Notes under the pieces: generated by a model
The model's input: only the letters and a program-made list of their open reading frames with translations
What the model was told of the DNA's origin: nothing
Database searches by the model: none
Position numbers and translations under genes: made by a program
Assembly: GCA_963677485.1 (NCBI GenBank)
Contig: OY781964.1
Location: forward strand, 3,424,001-3,488,000
Length of the DNA stretch: 64,000 nucleotides
Direction: 5' to 3'
From: Armatimonadota bacterium
GTDB lineage: Bacteria; Armatimonadota; HRBIN16
Shown: in pieces, positions 18,174 through 28,026 of the stretch
Layout: each line of letters starts with the position of its first letter
Numbering within the stretch: the first letter of the stretch is position 1

Positions 18174-19538
18174 CTATTTGCCCACACAAAAGCGGCTGAA
18201 TATCTGCTCAATCACATCTTCTGTGGTGGTCTCACCGGTAATCTGTCCCAGATTATCTAACGCGTAACGTAACCCCACGGCTGCCATATCCAGCTCTTCT
18301 CCGTGCGCCAGCGTATCGATGGTGCTTTGTAGCCCCACGGTGGCCTGTATAGCGGCCTCAGCGTGACGGTTGTTGGTCAATAAAGGCAGCTCACCGGCGG
18401 TATATTGCTTAACATGGGCCGCGATCGCCTCTCGTAGATCCTTCATACCGGTGCCACACTTCGCGCTGAGCACAATTTGGGGCTGTGTCTGCCATACAGA
18501 TGGCAGTGGCGAAGGTTGATCGGTCAGATCGCCCATGCTTCTGACCAGTATCAGCGGTCTGGGCAGGCGGGTTTCTATGAGGCTGTGCTGCTGTTGTTCC
18601 ACTGGCAGGTGAGCGGGGAGCAGATAAAGGCACAGCTCGCACTGCTGCACTGCTTCGCGGCTGATCTCCACACCCATCTGCTCGATGCTGTCCTGAGAGC
18701 TGCGCAGTCCAGCGGTATCCTGCAGCCGAACCACCACGCCGTCGATCTCCATGCTTTCTGAGACCATGTCACGGGTGGTACCTGCGATGTCGCTGACGAT
18801 GGCGCGTTTGTGCCCCAGCAGGGCGTTCAGAAGGCTGGATTTGCCGGAGTTGGGCAGACCAGCGATGGTGAGCACTACCCCGTCTTTCACGGCGCGAAAG
18901 CGGTCCGCCTGCTCCGCGAGCGAATGCAGGTGGGTGCAGATGGCCCGCAGCTCTTGTATGGCCGGAATGGGGTCGAACTCATCCATCTCATCAGGAAAGT
19001 CGATGTGGGCCTCTATCAGCGCGATAAGGGCGGTGATCTGATGTTGATATCCGCGCAGGCATTCTGACAAGTCTCCGTGGTGCTGCCTGGCGGCCGCCTC
19101 CGCAGCGAGCTGGCTGCGCGAGGCGATTAGGTCGGCCACCGCCTCCGCCTGGCTCAGGTCCATGCGGCCATTCAAGAACGCCCGCTGGGTAAACTCGCCG
19201 GGCTCTGCTTGGCGCGCACCGTGCTGAAGGCCTGCCTGTATGGCTGACTGCAAGATGCCCTGACCACCGTGCAGATGCAGTTCCGCGGTCTGCTCTCCGG
19301 TATAGCTGTGGGGTTGTTTGAATAGTAGAAGCAGGCATCGGTCAATGCGGTATGGGAAGCCTTCGGGCCACAGCCAGCTGGGATACACCTTGTTGGCCAC
19401 AGGATGCTTAGGGAAGGGCTTCACGAGCTGCCGTGCGATATTCCACGCGGATGGGCCTGAGACGCGAATAACACCAATACCGCCAGTGCCCTGAGGTGTG
19501 GCGATAGCGATGATAGTATCCGGTTGGGTATTGGTCAT
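18174..19538 (-). CDS. mnmE: tRNA uridine-34 modification GTPase
   Basis: DTIIAIATP, GEFTQRAFLNG, GLPNSGKSS, GTTRD, DTAG, terminal FCVGK. Confidence 0.97.
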   Translation of the reverse strand: MTNTQPDTIIAIATPQGTGGIGVIRVSGPSAWNIARQLVKPFPKHPVANKVYPSWLWPEGFPYRIDRCLLLLFKQPHSYTGEQTAELHLHGGQGILQSAIQAGLQHGARQAEPGEFTQRAFLNGRMDLSQAEAVADLIASRSQLAAEAAARQHHGDLSECLRGYQHQITALIALIEAHIDFPDEMDEFDPIPAIQELRAICTHLHSLAEQADRFRAVKDGVVLTIAGLPNSGKSSLLNALLGHKRAIVSDIAGTTRDMVSESMEIDGVVVRLQDTAGLRSSQDSIEQMGVEISREAVQQCELCLYLLPAHLPVEQQQHSLIETRLPRPLILVRSMGDLTDQPSPLPSVWQTQPQIVLSAKCGTGMKDLREAIAAHVKQYTAGELPLLTNNRHAEAAIQATVGLQSTIDTLAHGEELDMAAVGLRYALDNLGQITGETTTEDVIEQIFSRFCVGK

Positions 19539-19569
19539 TTTGTCTGTATGGGGAGGCAGAAAATAGAAA

Positions 19570-19659
19570 TGGCGGAGCGGGTGGGATTCGAACCCACGTT
19601 ACCCTTACGAGTAAACACGCCTTCCAAGCGTGCGCCATCGACCACTCGGCCACCACTCC
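19570..19659 (-). tRNA. tRNA-Ser(GGA)
   Basis: Cloverleaf with long variable arm, CACGC-TT-GGA-AG-GCGTG anticodon arm, GTTCGAATC, encoded CCA. Confidence 0.95.
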
Positions 19660-19670
19660 GCGCGAGGTTC

Positions 19671-19700
19671 ATTGTACACCAGCACAGGGGATGCTGTCAA
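19671..19700 (-). promoter_or_regulatory. promoter for tRNA-Ser/mnmE
   Basis: TTGACA-18 bp-TACAAT on minus strand. Confidence 0.65.
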
Positions 19701-19738
19701 ATCGATCGACGGTGGTCATCTCATATCGCTGTGTCATC

Positions 19739-19771
19739 GCTATCGGTGCGGCGTTCCACCGCACCGATAGC
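19739..19771 (-). terminator. hairpin after the IPT/TIG gene
   Basis: 13-bp perfect stem GCTATCGGTGCGG / CCGCACCGATAGC. Confidence 0.6.
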
Positions 19772-19792
19772 TCGATGTCATGACCGCCGTGG

Positions 19793-21505
19793 CTAGTCGC
19801 CTTTGGCTCCAAAGTTGGTGTCAAGCACCACGTAGTCAAACAGGTTCACATTGCCATCGCCATCCAGGTCCGACATGGAATCTGTTTGCCCCCAATGAAT
19901 GTCTAGCTGTACATAGTCGAACAGGTCTACGCCGTTGTTACCATCGGCATCACCATTCGTCAGGGTGGTGTTCACAGCGTTTGTGCCGTTCACATCAATC
20001 TGGCTGATTTTCCTGGTCAGCCAGTGGCTGCCATTAATCGTCAGGCTGTAAGTGCCAGGAGTGATCCCATCGATGGTCGCTTTCCCGTTCGAGTCGCAGA
20101 CTAAGTTCCCGGTGTAGTGTGCTGCACCATCAAGAACGTATTTTACGGCGATACCGCTGTAGGCTCCCTTGTAGTCAGAACCTGGGTCGATGTTGACATC
20201 AAGGGATGTCGTTGTGATCTCTACCGTGAAGTCGTTGCTGCTGGTAAATGTCCCTGTATCTGTGGTGACTGTCAGCGGGCCGGTGACGGCACCCGCCGGA
20301 ACCTTCACACTTAATGATGTTGGGCAGAGCACTGTGACGTCAGATGCCCACATGCCGGTGAAGTCTACCCATGTGTTGTCAGTCACGAAGTTGGTGCCAG
20401 AGATTGTGATAGTGTCTCCGGCTTTACCGTTTGATGGGTTGATCGATGTGATGGTTGGGCATGAAGTGACAAAGTCGGTGGTGGTGACTGCCGTGTAGAA
20501 ATCTGTCCAGACCGTGATTTTTCCTGTAGTGGCATTCTCAGGAACCCAGGTCGTGATGGTGTTGCTGTCATCAACGTTATAGGCTGCAAACGTGCCGTTG
20601 AAGTCCACACCCCAGACTGTATCAAAGTCGGTCCCTTTGATGGTCACTTCCTGGCCGACATCACCACTGATGGGTGTGAAGGAAGTGATGGTCAGGTTTA
20701 GTTCAGGGATCACGATAAACTGGCCATAACTGAAGCAGTATCCGTATGGGGTCACGATGATGATATTACCCGTAACCGCGTTAGCAGGCACTTTCGCTGT
20801 GATCAAGGTGGCGCTTCTCACAACGAACTCCGCGGGCTCTGCTCCAAACTGGACTACAGTGGCTCCTGTGAAGTTCGTGCCGGTGATTGACACCACTTGG
20901 CCAGGTTTACCCTCAACCGGAAGATAGCTCACAACGGTGGGGGAATCCGTAGCGAAGTCTGTATCACTTTTCGCAGTGCCATATGGTGTTACTACTGTGA
21001 TTTTGCCATTGTAGGTATTTTCCGGAACTGTGGCGGTGATCGATGTGTCGCTGTTGACTGTGAAGACCGCTGTACCGCCATTGAACCTTACCTCAGTGGC
21101 CCCAGTGAAGTGCCTTCCACTGATGGTCACCTGTAGTCCGGTGTTACCTCGTGAGGGGCTAAACCCAGTTATTACAGGTGGGTTGATGGTGAATTGAGCC
21201 CATGTTTGGCTGGTGCCATATGGGTTAGTGACAGCAATGACACCTCTGGATGTATTATCAGGTACCGTGGCGGTGATGGTGGTGTCGCTGACGACTGTAA
21301 AATTCGCAGCATAGCCACAGAATGTCACTTTGGTGGCACCAGTAAAATCTGTGCCTGTGATGGTGACTATGCTACCAGCCTCGCCTGACTGTGGAGTGAA
21401 TGAGGTGATGGCGGGCAAGCCGGCGGCACAGACGGGTAGGGTAACCATCATATATGCCAGTACCATCAACCATACTGCAGATGCTAGAACTCGTAATCGT
21501 GCCAT
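19793..21505 (-). CDS. secreted protein with five IPT/TIG repeats and a C-terminal dockerin/EF-hand-like domain
   Basis: Repeats of PxITSFxP..G..VTIxGxxF..VxF..VP..A.TG.I.V.T; C-terminal GDADGNNGVDLFDY..DLDGDGNVNLFDY; AAGGAG RBS before 21505. Confidence 0.85.
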   Translation of the reverse strand: MARLRVLASAVWLMVLAYMMVTLPVCAAGLPAITSFTPQSGEAGSIVTITGTDFTGATKVTFCGYAANFTVVSDTTITATVPDNTSRGVIAVTNPYGTSQTWAQFTINPPVITGFSPSRGNTGLQVTISGRHFTGATEVRFNGGTAVFTVNSDTSITATVPENTYNGKITVVTPYGTAKSDTDFATDSPTVVSYLPVEGKPGQVVSITGTNFTGATVVQFGAEPAEFVVRSATLITAKVPANAVTGNIIIVTPYGYCFSYGQFIVIPELNLTITSFTPISGDVGQEVTIKGTDFDTVWGVDFNGTFAAYNVDDSNTITTWVPENATTGKITVWTDFYTAVTTTDFVTSCPTITSINPSNGKAGDTITISGTNFVTDNTWVDFTGMWASDVTVLCPTSLSVKVPAGAVTGPLTVTTDTGTFTSSNDFTVEITTTSLDVNIDPGSDYKGAYSGIAVKYVLDGAAHYTGNLVCDSNGKATIDGITPGTYSLTINGSHWLTRKISQIDVNGTNAVNTTLTNGDADGNNGVDLFDYVQLDIHWGQTDSMSDLDGDGNVNLFDYVVLDTNFGAKGD

Positions 21506-21594
21506 ACTGTGAACTCCTTTATCGGGTGCCATGAACGATGTTGCCGAGTGACGCCTTAGTCAAACCGTGCGAGCCGTTCCACATCGTTACAAAT

Positions 21595-21623
21595 ATTATG
21601 CGCGTTCATCACAAAGATGTCAA
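21595..21623 (-). promoter_or_regulatory. promoter for the IPT/TIG gene
   Basis: TTGACA-17 bp-CATAAT on minus strand. Confidence 0.6.
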
Positions 21624-21921
21624 TGGGTTCCATTGGCCGTTAAGGGTGGTGTTGGTAACCTCAGTGTTGTATTGTGTGGACGATTAGCATTCAGTTCACT
21701 TGTTACTCACAGGGGCATATACATACGGATCTGTTGGTGCCTTACGGTGAAGGCAGTTTATTACCCACATCTCCAGGCTGATTTGTGAGTAGCGGTATAA
21801 CCACAGAAAGTCATGTGCTACGCATAGTCCGACTACCCACGTAGTGGGTGTCTGGATTATAACCATCTTATGCTACCAGTTTGTGGGTAATAGACTGTGG
21901 TGAAGGGGTGGAGAGTTGGGG

Positions 21922-24900
21922 TTACGAGCTTAGCTGTTCATGCACGAGCGGTGCTTTATAACTGATGATGGTGCTGACACCAGGCTCTTGCATGGTGACA
22001 CCATACCAGCTATCTGCGCGTTCCATCGTGCTGGCGTTGTGCGTGATCACAATCACCTGACTTCGCAGCGAGAAGCTCTTGAGCAGATCGGCGAACCGCT
22101 CCACGTTGGCACCGTCCATCGCGGCGTCGACCTCATCCAGTGTGCAGAAGGGGCTGGGCTTCACCGTCATGAATGCGAACAGCAGGGCGGAGGCCGTTAG
22201 GCTGCGCTCCCCACCAGACAGCAGGTTCAGGTTCTGACGCCGTTTACCTGGCGGTTCCACATAGATATCGACACCGGTCTCCAGCGGATTGTCAGGCATG
22301 GTGAGCGTGAGCTGCGCTTCACCGCCACCGAACAACTCGGTGAATATTTTGCTGAAGGCTTCCTGCACCTGCAGGAAGGTGTTGGTAAAGAGGTCACGAG
22401 TGCTGTGGTCAATCTCTTGGATGGCTTGAAGCACATTGGCTCTCGCCAGATTCAAGTCCTCATGCTGTTTCGTCAGGAAATCAAACCGCTCCGAGATGCG
22501 GTTATATTCTTCCACCGCGCCTACATTTACGTTGCCCATGCTTCGCAGATCACGGCGCAGCCTGTTGATCTCAGATTGGACTTCTTTGGGCGGTGCTTCG
22601 AATTCCGCAGGTGGCCCCTGGTTGGCGTCGATGTCGTAGTCCTCCCACAGGCGGGTGACCAACTGGCTGTGCTGCACCTCCAACCGAGCGAGCTGTAGTT
22701 GCAGTTGGTGCTGCTGGTCGCTGTTAGCCTGCTGTTTGCGCACTAGTTCGCGCACACTGGCATTGTTGGCTTGACTCTTCTCGCTGCGTTCCGCTCGGGC
22801 GACGCGCTTCTGGCTGAGGTTAACGTCAACCTGGTCGCGCTGACCTTTCAGGTCGGCCAGTTTGATGCTGAGCTCAATCAGGCTCTTCTCGTCCGCTTCG
22901 CTGCCCTGAGAGAGCTTGCTTAGGCGCTCCTGGCGCAGTTGGAGCTGTGCACTGGCATCGGCGATGGCCTTGATGAGCGCCTGGTCTTCGCGTGCGAGTG
23001 AACGCTGCTGCTCCTGGATTCGCCCCAGCTCCACTTCGGCTTGCTGGCTGAGCTGCGCAGCTCCCTCGCGAGCGGCCTGCAGCTCCGCGGTGGGGTTGGC
23101 GGCGGATGGATTGGTGTCATCCAAATGCTCTAGCTGCTGTTTGATCAGCTCCACTTGTGGTGACAACTCAGCGAGCTGCTGTGTGATGGAGGCGATACGC
23201 ACCTCACCGGACTGCTTGTCACGGCGCACGGTCTCCAAACGCTGGGTTGCAGACTGGTGCTCGCGCTCTTGTTTCATCAGCTCAGACTGCATCTGGCTGA
23301 GGCCTTTGCGCGCTGTCTTGAGCTCGGTGTCGTGCTGGTTGAGCCACTCGTTAGCGTTGGTGGTGGACTGCTTGTGTTTCGCCTCTTGGTCACGGCCGGT
23401 GGCCAGTAACTGCTCTGTGCGGGCTTTTTCCGCTTTCCGGGAGACGATGCCTGTGGCCTTACCCGGCATCTTGCCGCCGGTGACGGCACCGCCAGGAGTG
23501 AACAGCTCCCCTTCTGGAGTGACGATACGTGCCCAGCCGTTGTATTTCCGGCTGATCTTCACTGCAGAATCATAATCTGCCGCGACCACCACACGACCCA
23601 GCAGGTGAGCTGCGACATCCTCAAACCCGGGTTCTATTCGCACCAGATCGTTGGCGTAACCGATGGCCAACCCCTCATCGATCGCCTTATCAAGCTCCTT
23701 GGGCGGTATGTTGGGCTGAATGCTGTCCATGGGCAGGAAGGTGGCGCGTCCGCGGGAGGCCTGTTTCAGCCAGTTGATGGCCATGCGCGCCTCTTGCTGG
23801 GTGGGGCAGACAATGTCCTGCGCGCTGGCACCTAAAGCGACCTCAATGGCGGTGACGAACTCTTCGAACGGACGCATGATATCCACGACCAGTTGGTAGT
23901 TGCCATCAATCTCGAGCTTCTTGATGCCATCTAGAACGGCTTTGACCCCGCCGAATAGGCCCTCCTGAGCGGCTTCGCTTTCGACCAAAGCTTGCAGGCG
24001 GGCGGCCAGTGCGGCGTTCTGCCGGGCCGACTGCTGCCAGGCCTCCTGGCTCTTGCTGATGGCCGCGCGGTCCTTTTGAATCTGATCTTCGAGCGCTTTT
24101 ATATCGGCTTCAAACTGTGTCAGGCTGTCTTGCGTGGTCTGCCGGACCGTGTCAGACTGGGACACTGCCTGCAGCATCTGCTCCTCACGCGTGGAGAGCT
24201 CTTCCTGAGCCTTCACGATGCGCTGTTGACCCTGGCGGTGCTCTGCCTCACGCTGTTGCAGGTTGCTGAGCTGGGTGCGGAGTTTACTGACCTCTTGCGC
24301 ACGGCTCAACTCTGCGAGTTGAGCCTCCTGCAGTACCCGCTGGGCGGTGTTAAGGGCCTGTTTGGCTGCGGCACAAGCCTGCACAGCGGTCTGATGCTGT
24401 GTCTGTAACTCCTGGGCCTGTTGGCGCAAGACTGCGAGCTGGGCCGTGTTGGCACTCTGTCTGGCTTGCAGCTCCGTGATCTCAGCTTGAAGTGTCTCGG
24501 AGTTGGTCTGCGCGTTGTGGATGCGTTCCTCAGATAGCCGCCGGGTGCCGTCGCCGCGTTCGATCTCGGTGATCAACCGCTGTTGTTCGACCCGGAGAGT
24601 GTCGATCTGGGTGTCCAGGTGGGCGATCTCCGCCGCCAGCCGCCTGGAGTCCGCTTCACAATGGGTCATCTGCTCATTGAGCTGCAAGACCGACTTGTGC
24701 AGAAGCTGACCTTGCGTTTCCGCCTCTTGACGGCTCTGTTCGGCTTGAATCCACTGGGCCCACAGGCTGTCCACTTCGATCTGCTTTAGCCGGTCAGAGA
24801 GGGTGAGGTAGCGTGAGGCGATCTCGGCCTGGATGCGCATGGGTTCACGCTGCACATCGAGCTCGCCCAAGATGTCGATGACTCGGTTGAGGTTGGCCTC

Positions 24901-25452
24901 GGTGTTTTCCAGACGTCGGAGTGCTTCGCGCTTTCGGTTGCGGTATTTCTGAATACCCGCCGCCTCTTCAAACAACATGCGCCGCTCTTCTGGCTTGGCT
25001 GAGAGCACGGCATCAACCTCGCTCTGGGTGAGGATGGCGTAGCTGCTGCGCCCCACACCGGTATCCATGAACAGCTCCTGGATATCCTTCAGACGACAGG
25101 GGCTTTTGTTGATCAAAAACTCGCTTTCGCCGGATCGGTAGACGCGGCGGGTGATGGTGACCTCAGCGAAGTCGGTGGGAAGAATGCGGGCGGTGTTGTC
25201 GATGGTGAGGCTGACTTCCGCCATGCCAAGCGGCTTGCGCTTGGTGCTTCCGGCGAAGATCACCTCTGAGCTGCTGTCAGCCCGAAGGGTGCGTGCGTTC
25301 GATTCGCCCAGAACCCAGATCATCGCATCGCCGATGTTACTCTTGCCAGAGCCGTTGGGACCCACAACCGCCGTCACACCATCGGCGAAGTCGATGGTGG
25401 TCTTATCGGCGAAACTCTTAAATCCCAGAATCTGGAGGCGTTTGAGGAACAT
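21922..25452 (-). CDS. smc: chromosome segregation protein SMC
   Basis: MFLKRL..GFKSF, GPNGSGKSN, hinge GRATFLP, LSGGE, LDEVDAA; true start at 25452. Confidence 0.97.
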   Translation of the reverse strand: MFLKRLQILGFKSFADKTTIDFADGVTAVVGPNGSGKSNIGDAMIWVLGESNARTLRADSSSEVIFAGSTKRKPLGMAEVSLTIDNTARILPTDFAEVTITRRVYRSGESEFLINKSPCRLKDIQELFMDTGVGRSSYAILTQSEVDAVLSAKPEERRMLFEEAAGIQKYRNRKREALRRLENTEANLNRVIDILGELDVQREPMRIQAEIASRYLTLSDRLKQIEVDSLWAQWIQAEQSRQEAETQGQLLHKSVLQLNEQMTHCEADSRRLAAEIAHLDTQIDTLRVEQQRLITEIERGDGTRRLSEERIHNAQTNSETLQAEITELQARQSANTAQLAVLRQQAQELQTQHQTAVQACAAAKQALNTAQRVLQEAQLAELSRAQEVSKLRTQLSNLQQREAEHRQGQQRIVKAQEELSTREEQMLQAVSQSDTVRQTTQDSLTQFEADIKALEDQIQKDRAAISKSQEAWQQSARQNAALAARLQALVESEAAQEGLFGGVKAVLDGIKKLEIDGNYQLVVDIMRPFEEFVTAIEVALGASAQDIVCPTQQEARMAINWLKQASRGRATFLPMDSIQPNIPPKELDKAIDEGLAIGYANDLVRIEPGFEDVAAHLLGRVVVAADYDSAVKISRKYNGWARIVTPEGELFTPGGAVTGGKMPGKATGIVSRKAEKARTEQLLATGRDQEAKHKQSTTNANEWLNQHDTELKTARKGLSQMQSELMKQEREHQSATQRLETVRRDKQSGEVRIASITQQLAELSPQVELIKQQLEHLDDTNPSAANPTAELQAAREGAAQLSQQAEVELGRIQEQQRSLAREDQALIKAIADASAQLQLRQERLSKLSQGSEADEKSLIELSIKLADLKGQRDQVDVNLSQKRVARAERSEKSQANNASVRELVRKQQANSDQQHQLQLQLARLEVQHSQLVTRLWEDYDIDANQGPPAEFEAPPKEVQSEINRLRRDLRSMGNVNVGAVEEYNRISERFDFLTKQHEDLNLARANVLQAIQEIDHSTRDLFTNTFLQVQEAFSKIFTELFGGGEAQLTLTMPDNPLETGVDIYVEPPGKRRQNLNLLSGGERSLTASALLFAFMTVKPSPFCTLDEVDAAMDGANVERFADLLKSFSLRSQVIVITHNASTMERADSWYGVTMQEPGVSTIISYKAPLVHEQLSS

Positions 25453-25596
25453 AGCTGTTTGGTAGTAGCCCTTATGTGTGAAATAACCGTGTGCCGTAGT
25501 TATTATGCCAAACCGCGGCCAGTTCCGCGAAGGGACGGGATTTTGAGTCCGTCCACAGATGACGCTGACTAGCGCAAATGACCGGTGTGGATACAT

Positions 25597-25625
25597 CACA
25601 CGCGAAGACGCGAAGGCGCGAAGAG
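25597..25625 (+). repeat. short triple repeat (RCGCGAAG x3)
   Basis: CACACGCGAAGACGCGAAGGCGCGAAGAG; near-identical element at 59172. Confidence 0.7.
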
Positions 25626-25901
25626 TGATGACCGCGAAAGTTTGTCGGTATACTCCCTGTCGACGTGTGATGTATATCCAATGAGACATAGCGGCTTGCA
25701 CAATATCTACACGCCATTCGTCCGCAGGTTTTGCCCCGTATATAACCGAAAACAACCATTGATATGAGCTAAAATCGCTTGACATCAAAGTGGAGATAGC
25801 AGTATGCTTGTATCAGTGCGATGAAAAAGGATACAGTGAAGTAAACAACGACAGCGACGGACATATTACGCATGATGGCCACCTCTTGCATGGACTACTA
25901 A

Positions 25902-26192
25902 TATAGGCGTAACTCGGCCGTCATCGGCGTTATACGCCTCACCCGTACTAACGGCGGCAACCCGCTGAGCTGGGCAGACAACACAGACAAGTTCATTAAG
26001 ACATTCAGCTTCGACAACCAGGGAAGATTAGCTAACGCAGACATCCCTGGCGTGAGCCGCACGGATTACGGCTACGACAGGGTAGGGAACAGCACTAGCC
26101 TCACCGCGGTATATAATACGGCTGATCAGTTAACAAGCTACGGCGGCAATAGCTACAGCTACAAGACGTTTGGTGTCGATGAACCTGTGTAA
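25902..26192 (+). pseudogene. RHS/YD-repeat gene remnant, upstream of IS
   Basis: Startless frame ..KTFSFDNQGRL..TDYGYDRVGN..YNTADQLTSYGGNSYSY. Confidence 0.75.
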
Positions 26193-26315
26193 GTATAATT
26201 TACCCGGGATTTGAGGATATAATGATTAACACTCGCTTCAATAAGCACATAATGCTATATACGACTGAGCGGCACCCGAATTTTTACAGACAGAATATTA
26301 AGGTAAACTGAGTTC

Positions 26316-26744
26316 ATGAAGACACATCATTTGAATGATCCGGATCCGATGTCTGTTCCGACGTCCGGGGTGGAAAGAGCCCCGGAAGGAGCGCGGAGCG
26401 CGACTGAAGGGGCGAGTTCCACCCCGGACGTAAATTTTTTACCGGAGAGCCGACGGTGGTCCTGCCGACGCAAACTTGAGGTGGTTCAACGCTTGATTGG
26501 CGGCGAATCCTTGGAGATCGTATCAAGGCAAATAGGTGTACCGATATATCAGATTGAGGAGTGGCGTGATAGAGCCCTGGCTGGCATGGAATCCGCTCTG
26601 AAGATACGTGTTCAAGATCCCTTAGAGCATCAGCTCAAAGAGGCCCAGCGACGTATCGGTGAGCAATCTATGGAGATTGAACTCCTATACGAGCGATGTC
26701 ACCGGAGAGAAGCCCCTTTTACGCGGGGGATATTACGGAAATGA
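26316..26744 (+). CDS. IS3 transposase OrfA (HTH)
   Basis: HTH plus coiled coil; in-frame C_CCT_TTT slippery heptamer near the end; ATGA overlap with orfB. Confidence 0.88.
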   Translation: MKTHHLNDPDPMSVPTSGVERAPEGARSATEGASSTPDVNFLPESRRWSCRRKLEVVQRLIGGESLEIVSRQIGVPIYQIEEWRDRALAGMESALKIRVQDPLEHQLKEAQRRIGEQSMEIELLYERCHRREAPFTRGILRK

Positions 26745-27655
26745 GCACTGCCATTTCCCCCGCCACATGCGCTCACTATGGTGTAGAAAGGGTATGCCGA
26801 GTTTGGGAACAACCTCGCTCTACCTACTATATGCAAATCACAGAGGTTGTTCATCCTGCTTTAAGCACACCCAGGCTAAAGCGTGGACCCAAGACCTCCG
26901 TTTCCGATGATGAACTATTGGAAGCGATCAAGCTTGTAATCAATGGCTCTCCATTTCAAGGTGAAGGCTATAAGAAAATCCACGCGTCACTGCACTTTGG
27001 AGCACAGAAGTTGCGAGTGGGCAGGAACCGTGTGCTTCGGCTAATGCGTAACAATGAGCTTCTATCGCCTTATCGCAGACCTAAGGCAGATACTAATCAA
27101 CACAATGGAACGATCATTACTGATGCTCCCAATATCATGTGGGGTACTGACGGCACACAGGTGCGGACGGTTGATGATGGAAATATCTGGATATTCAGTG
27201 CGGTAGAACACTGGAACGGTGAGTGCGTAGGCATATATGTCTGCAAACTCGGTACCCGGTTCAACGCCGTTCAACCTGTGCTTGAAGGGGTTCAGGCTAT
27301 ATATGGCAGCGTAGAGCGTGCTGTCGCCAACGGGCTTACTCTGAGACTCGACAACGGATCCGCAAATTGCTCCGATCACTTCCAGTATGAAATCAAGCGG
27401 CTGGGGATCACACCCAGCTTCAGCTATGTGCAACAGCCCCAGACAAATGGTGTGGTTGAGCGATTCAACCGGACACTAAAGGAACAGGTCATTTACGCAC
27501 ATGTATTTCAGAATGTCGACGAAGTGAGGGAAGCAGTGCTACAATTCAAACAGGAGTACAATCGTTCGTGGCGATTGGAGAAGATGGGATTCAAAACGCC
27601 GCTTGAAACCCGCCAGTGCTTTGTAGAAGAGCACTCCATTACAACTGCGGCTTAA
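26741..27655 (+). CDS. IS3 transposase OrfB (DDE integrase core)
   Basis: WGTDGT, LRLDNGS, NGVVERFNRTLKE. Confidence 0.92.
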   Translation: MSTAISPATCAHYGVERVCRVWEQPRSTYYMQITEVVHPALSTPRLKRGPKTSVSDDELLEAIKLVINGSPFQGEGYKKIHASLHFGAQKLRVGRNRVLRLMRNNELLSPYRRPKADTNQHNGTIITDAPNIMWGTDGTQVRTVDDGNIWIFSAVEHWNGECVGIYVCKLGTRFNAVQPVLEGVQAIYGSVERAVANGLTLRLDNGSANCSDHFQYEIKRLGITPSFSYVQQPQTNGVVERFNRTLKEQVIYAHVFQNVDEVREAVLQFKQEYNRSWRLEKMGFKTPLETRQCFVEEHSITTAA

Positions 27656-27692
27656 CACTAACCCGTGTCTGTGTAACCGGGTGCGATACACC

Positions 27693-27825
27693 TGGGGCAA
27701 GGTAGTGTCCAGCGCAGGCACAACAGTCAACCCGTATTAATACGTCAGCAAGTTGGGGTATTATTCAGATGCAGGCACGGGTTTGATGCTGCTGGGCAGT
27801 CGCTTCTGCGACCCGGAGGCGGGGG
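27693..27825 (+). pseudogene. RHS repeat-associated core remnant, downstream of IS
   Basis: WGKVVSSAGTTVNPY*YVSKLGYYSDAGTGLMLLGSRFCDPEAG with in-frame stop. Confidence 0.75.
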
Positions 27826-28026
27826 AGACGGAAACACCACAATGCTATCCGCCTGACCGCCTTATCAGTCCACTATCTGCCTAAACACGTGATTATGGCT
27901 TGCATGATCTACAAACGCTGTTGTCCATCATCCGATACCATGCTTATACTCGCATCTGATAAACCCGCAGAGGGGCTCACTGCAAATCGAAGCGGATTCA
28001 ACGGATAATAGTATGGAGGTATCTAA

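Larger units (their letters stand above)
26266..27690 (+). mobile_element. IS3-family element, copy 2 (apparently intact)
   Basis: Imperfect terminal IRs TGAGCGGCACCCG.. / ..CCGGGTGCGATACA, orfA and orfB in -1 relation; no flanking duplication seen. Confidence 0.92.

Noticed and set aside
19570-21505. tRNA-Ser-anchored genomic island
   Set aside because: No integrase and no duplicated tRNA 3' end; the tRNA 3' side abuts mnmE
25453-25788. 112-aa N-terminal extension of SMC in the ORF track
   Set aside because: The canonical SMC start MFLKRL is at 25452; the extension runs through intergenic repeats
3665-27690. Composite transposon bounded by the two inverted IS3 copies
   Set aside because: Copy 1 has its own duplication with host-gene continuity on both sides, and the interval holds core genes (smc, scpAB, mnmE)
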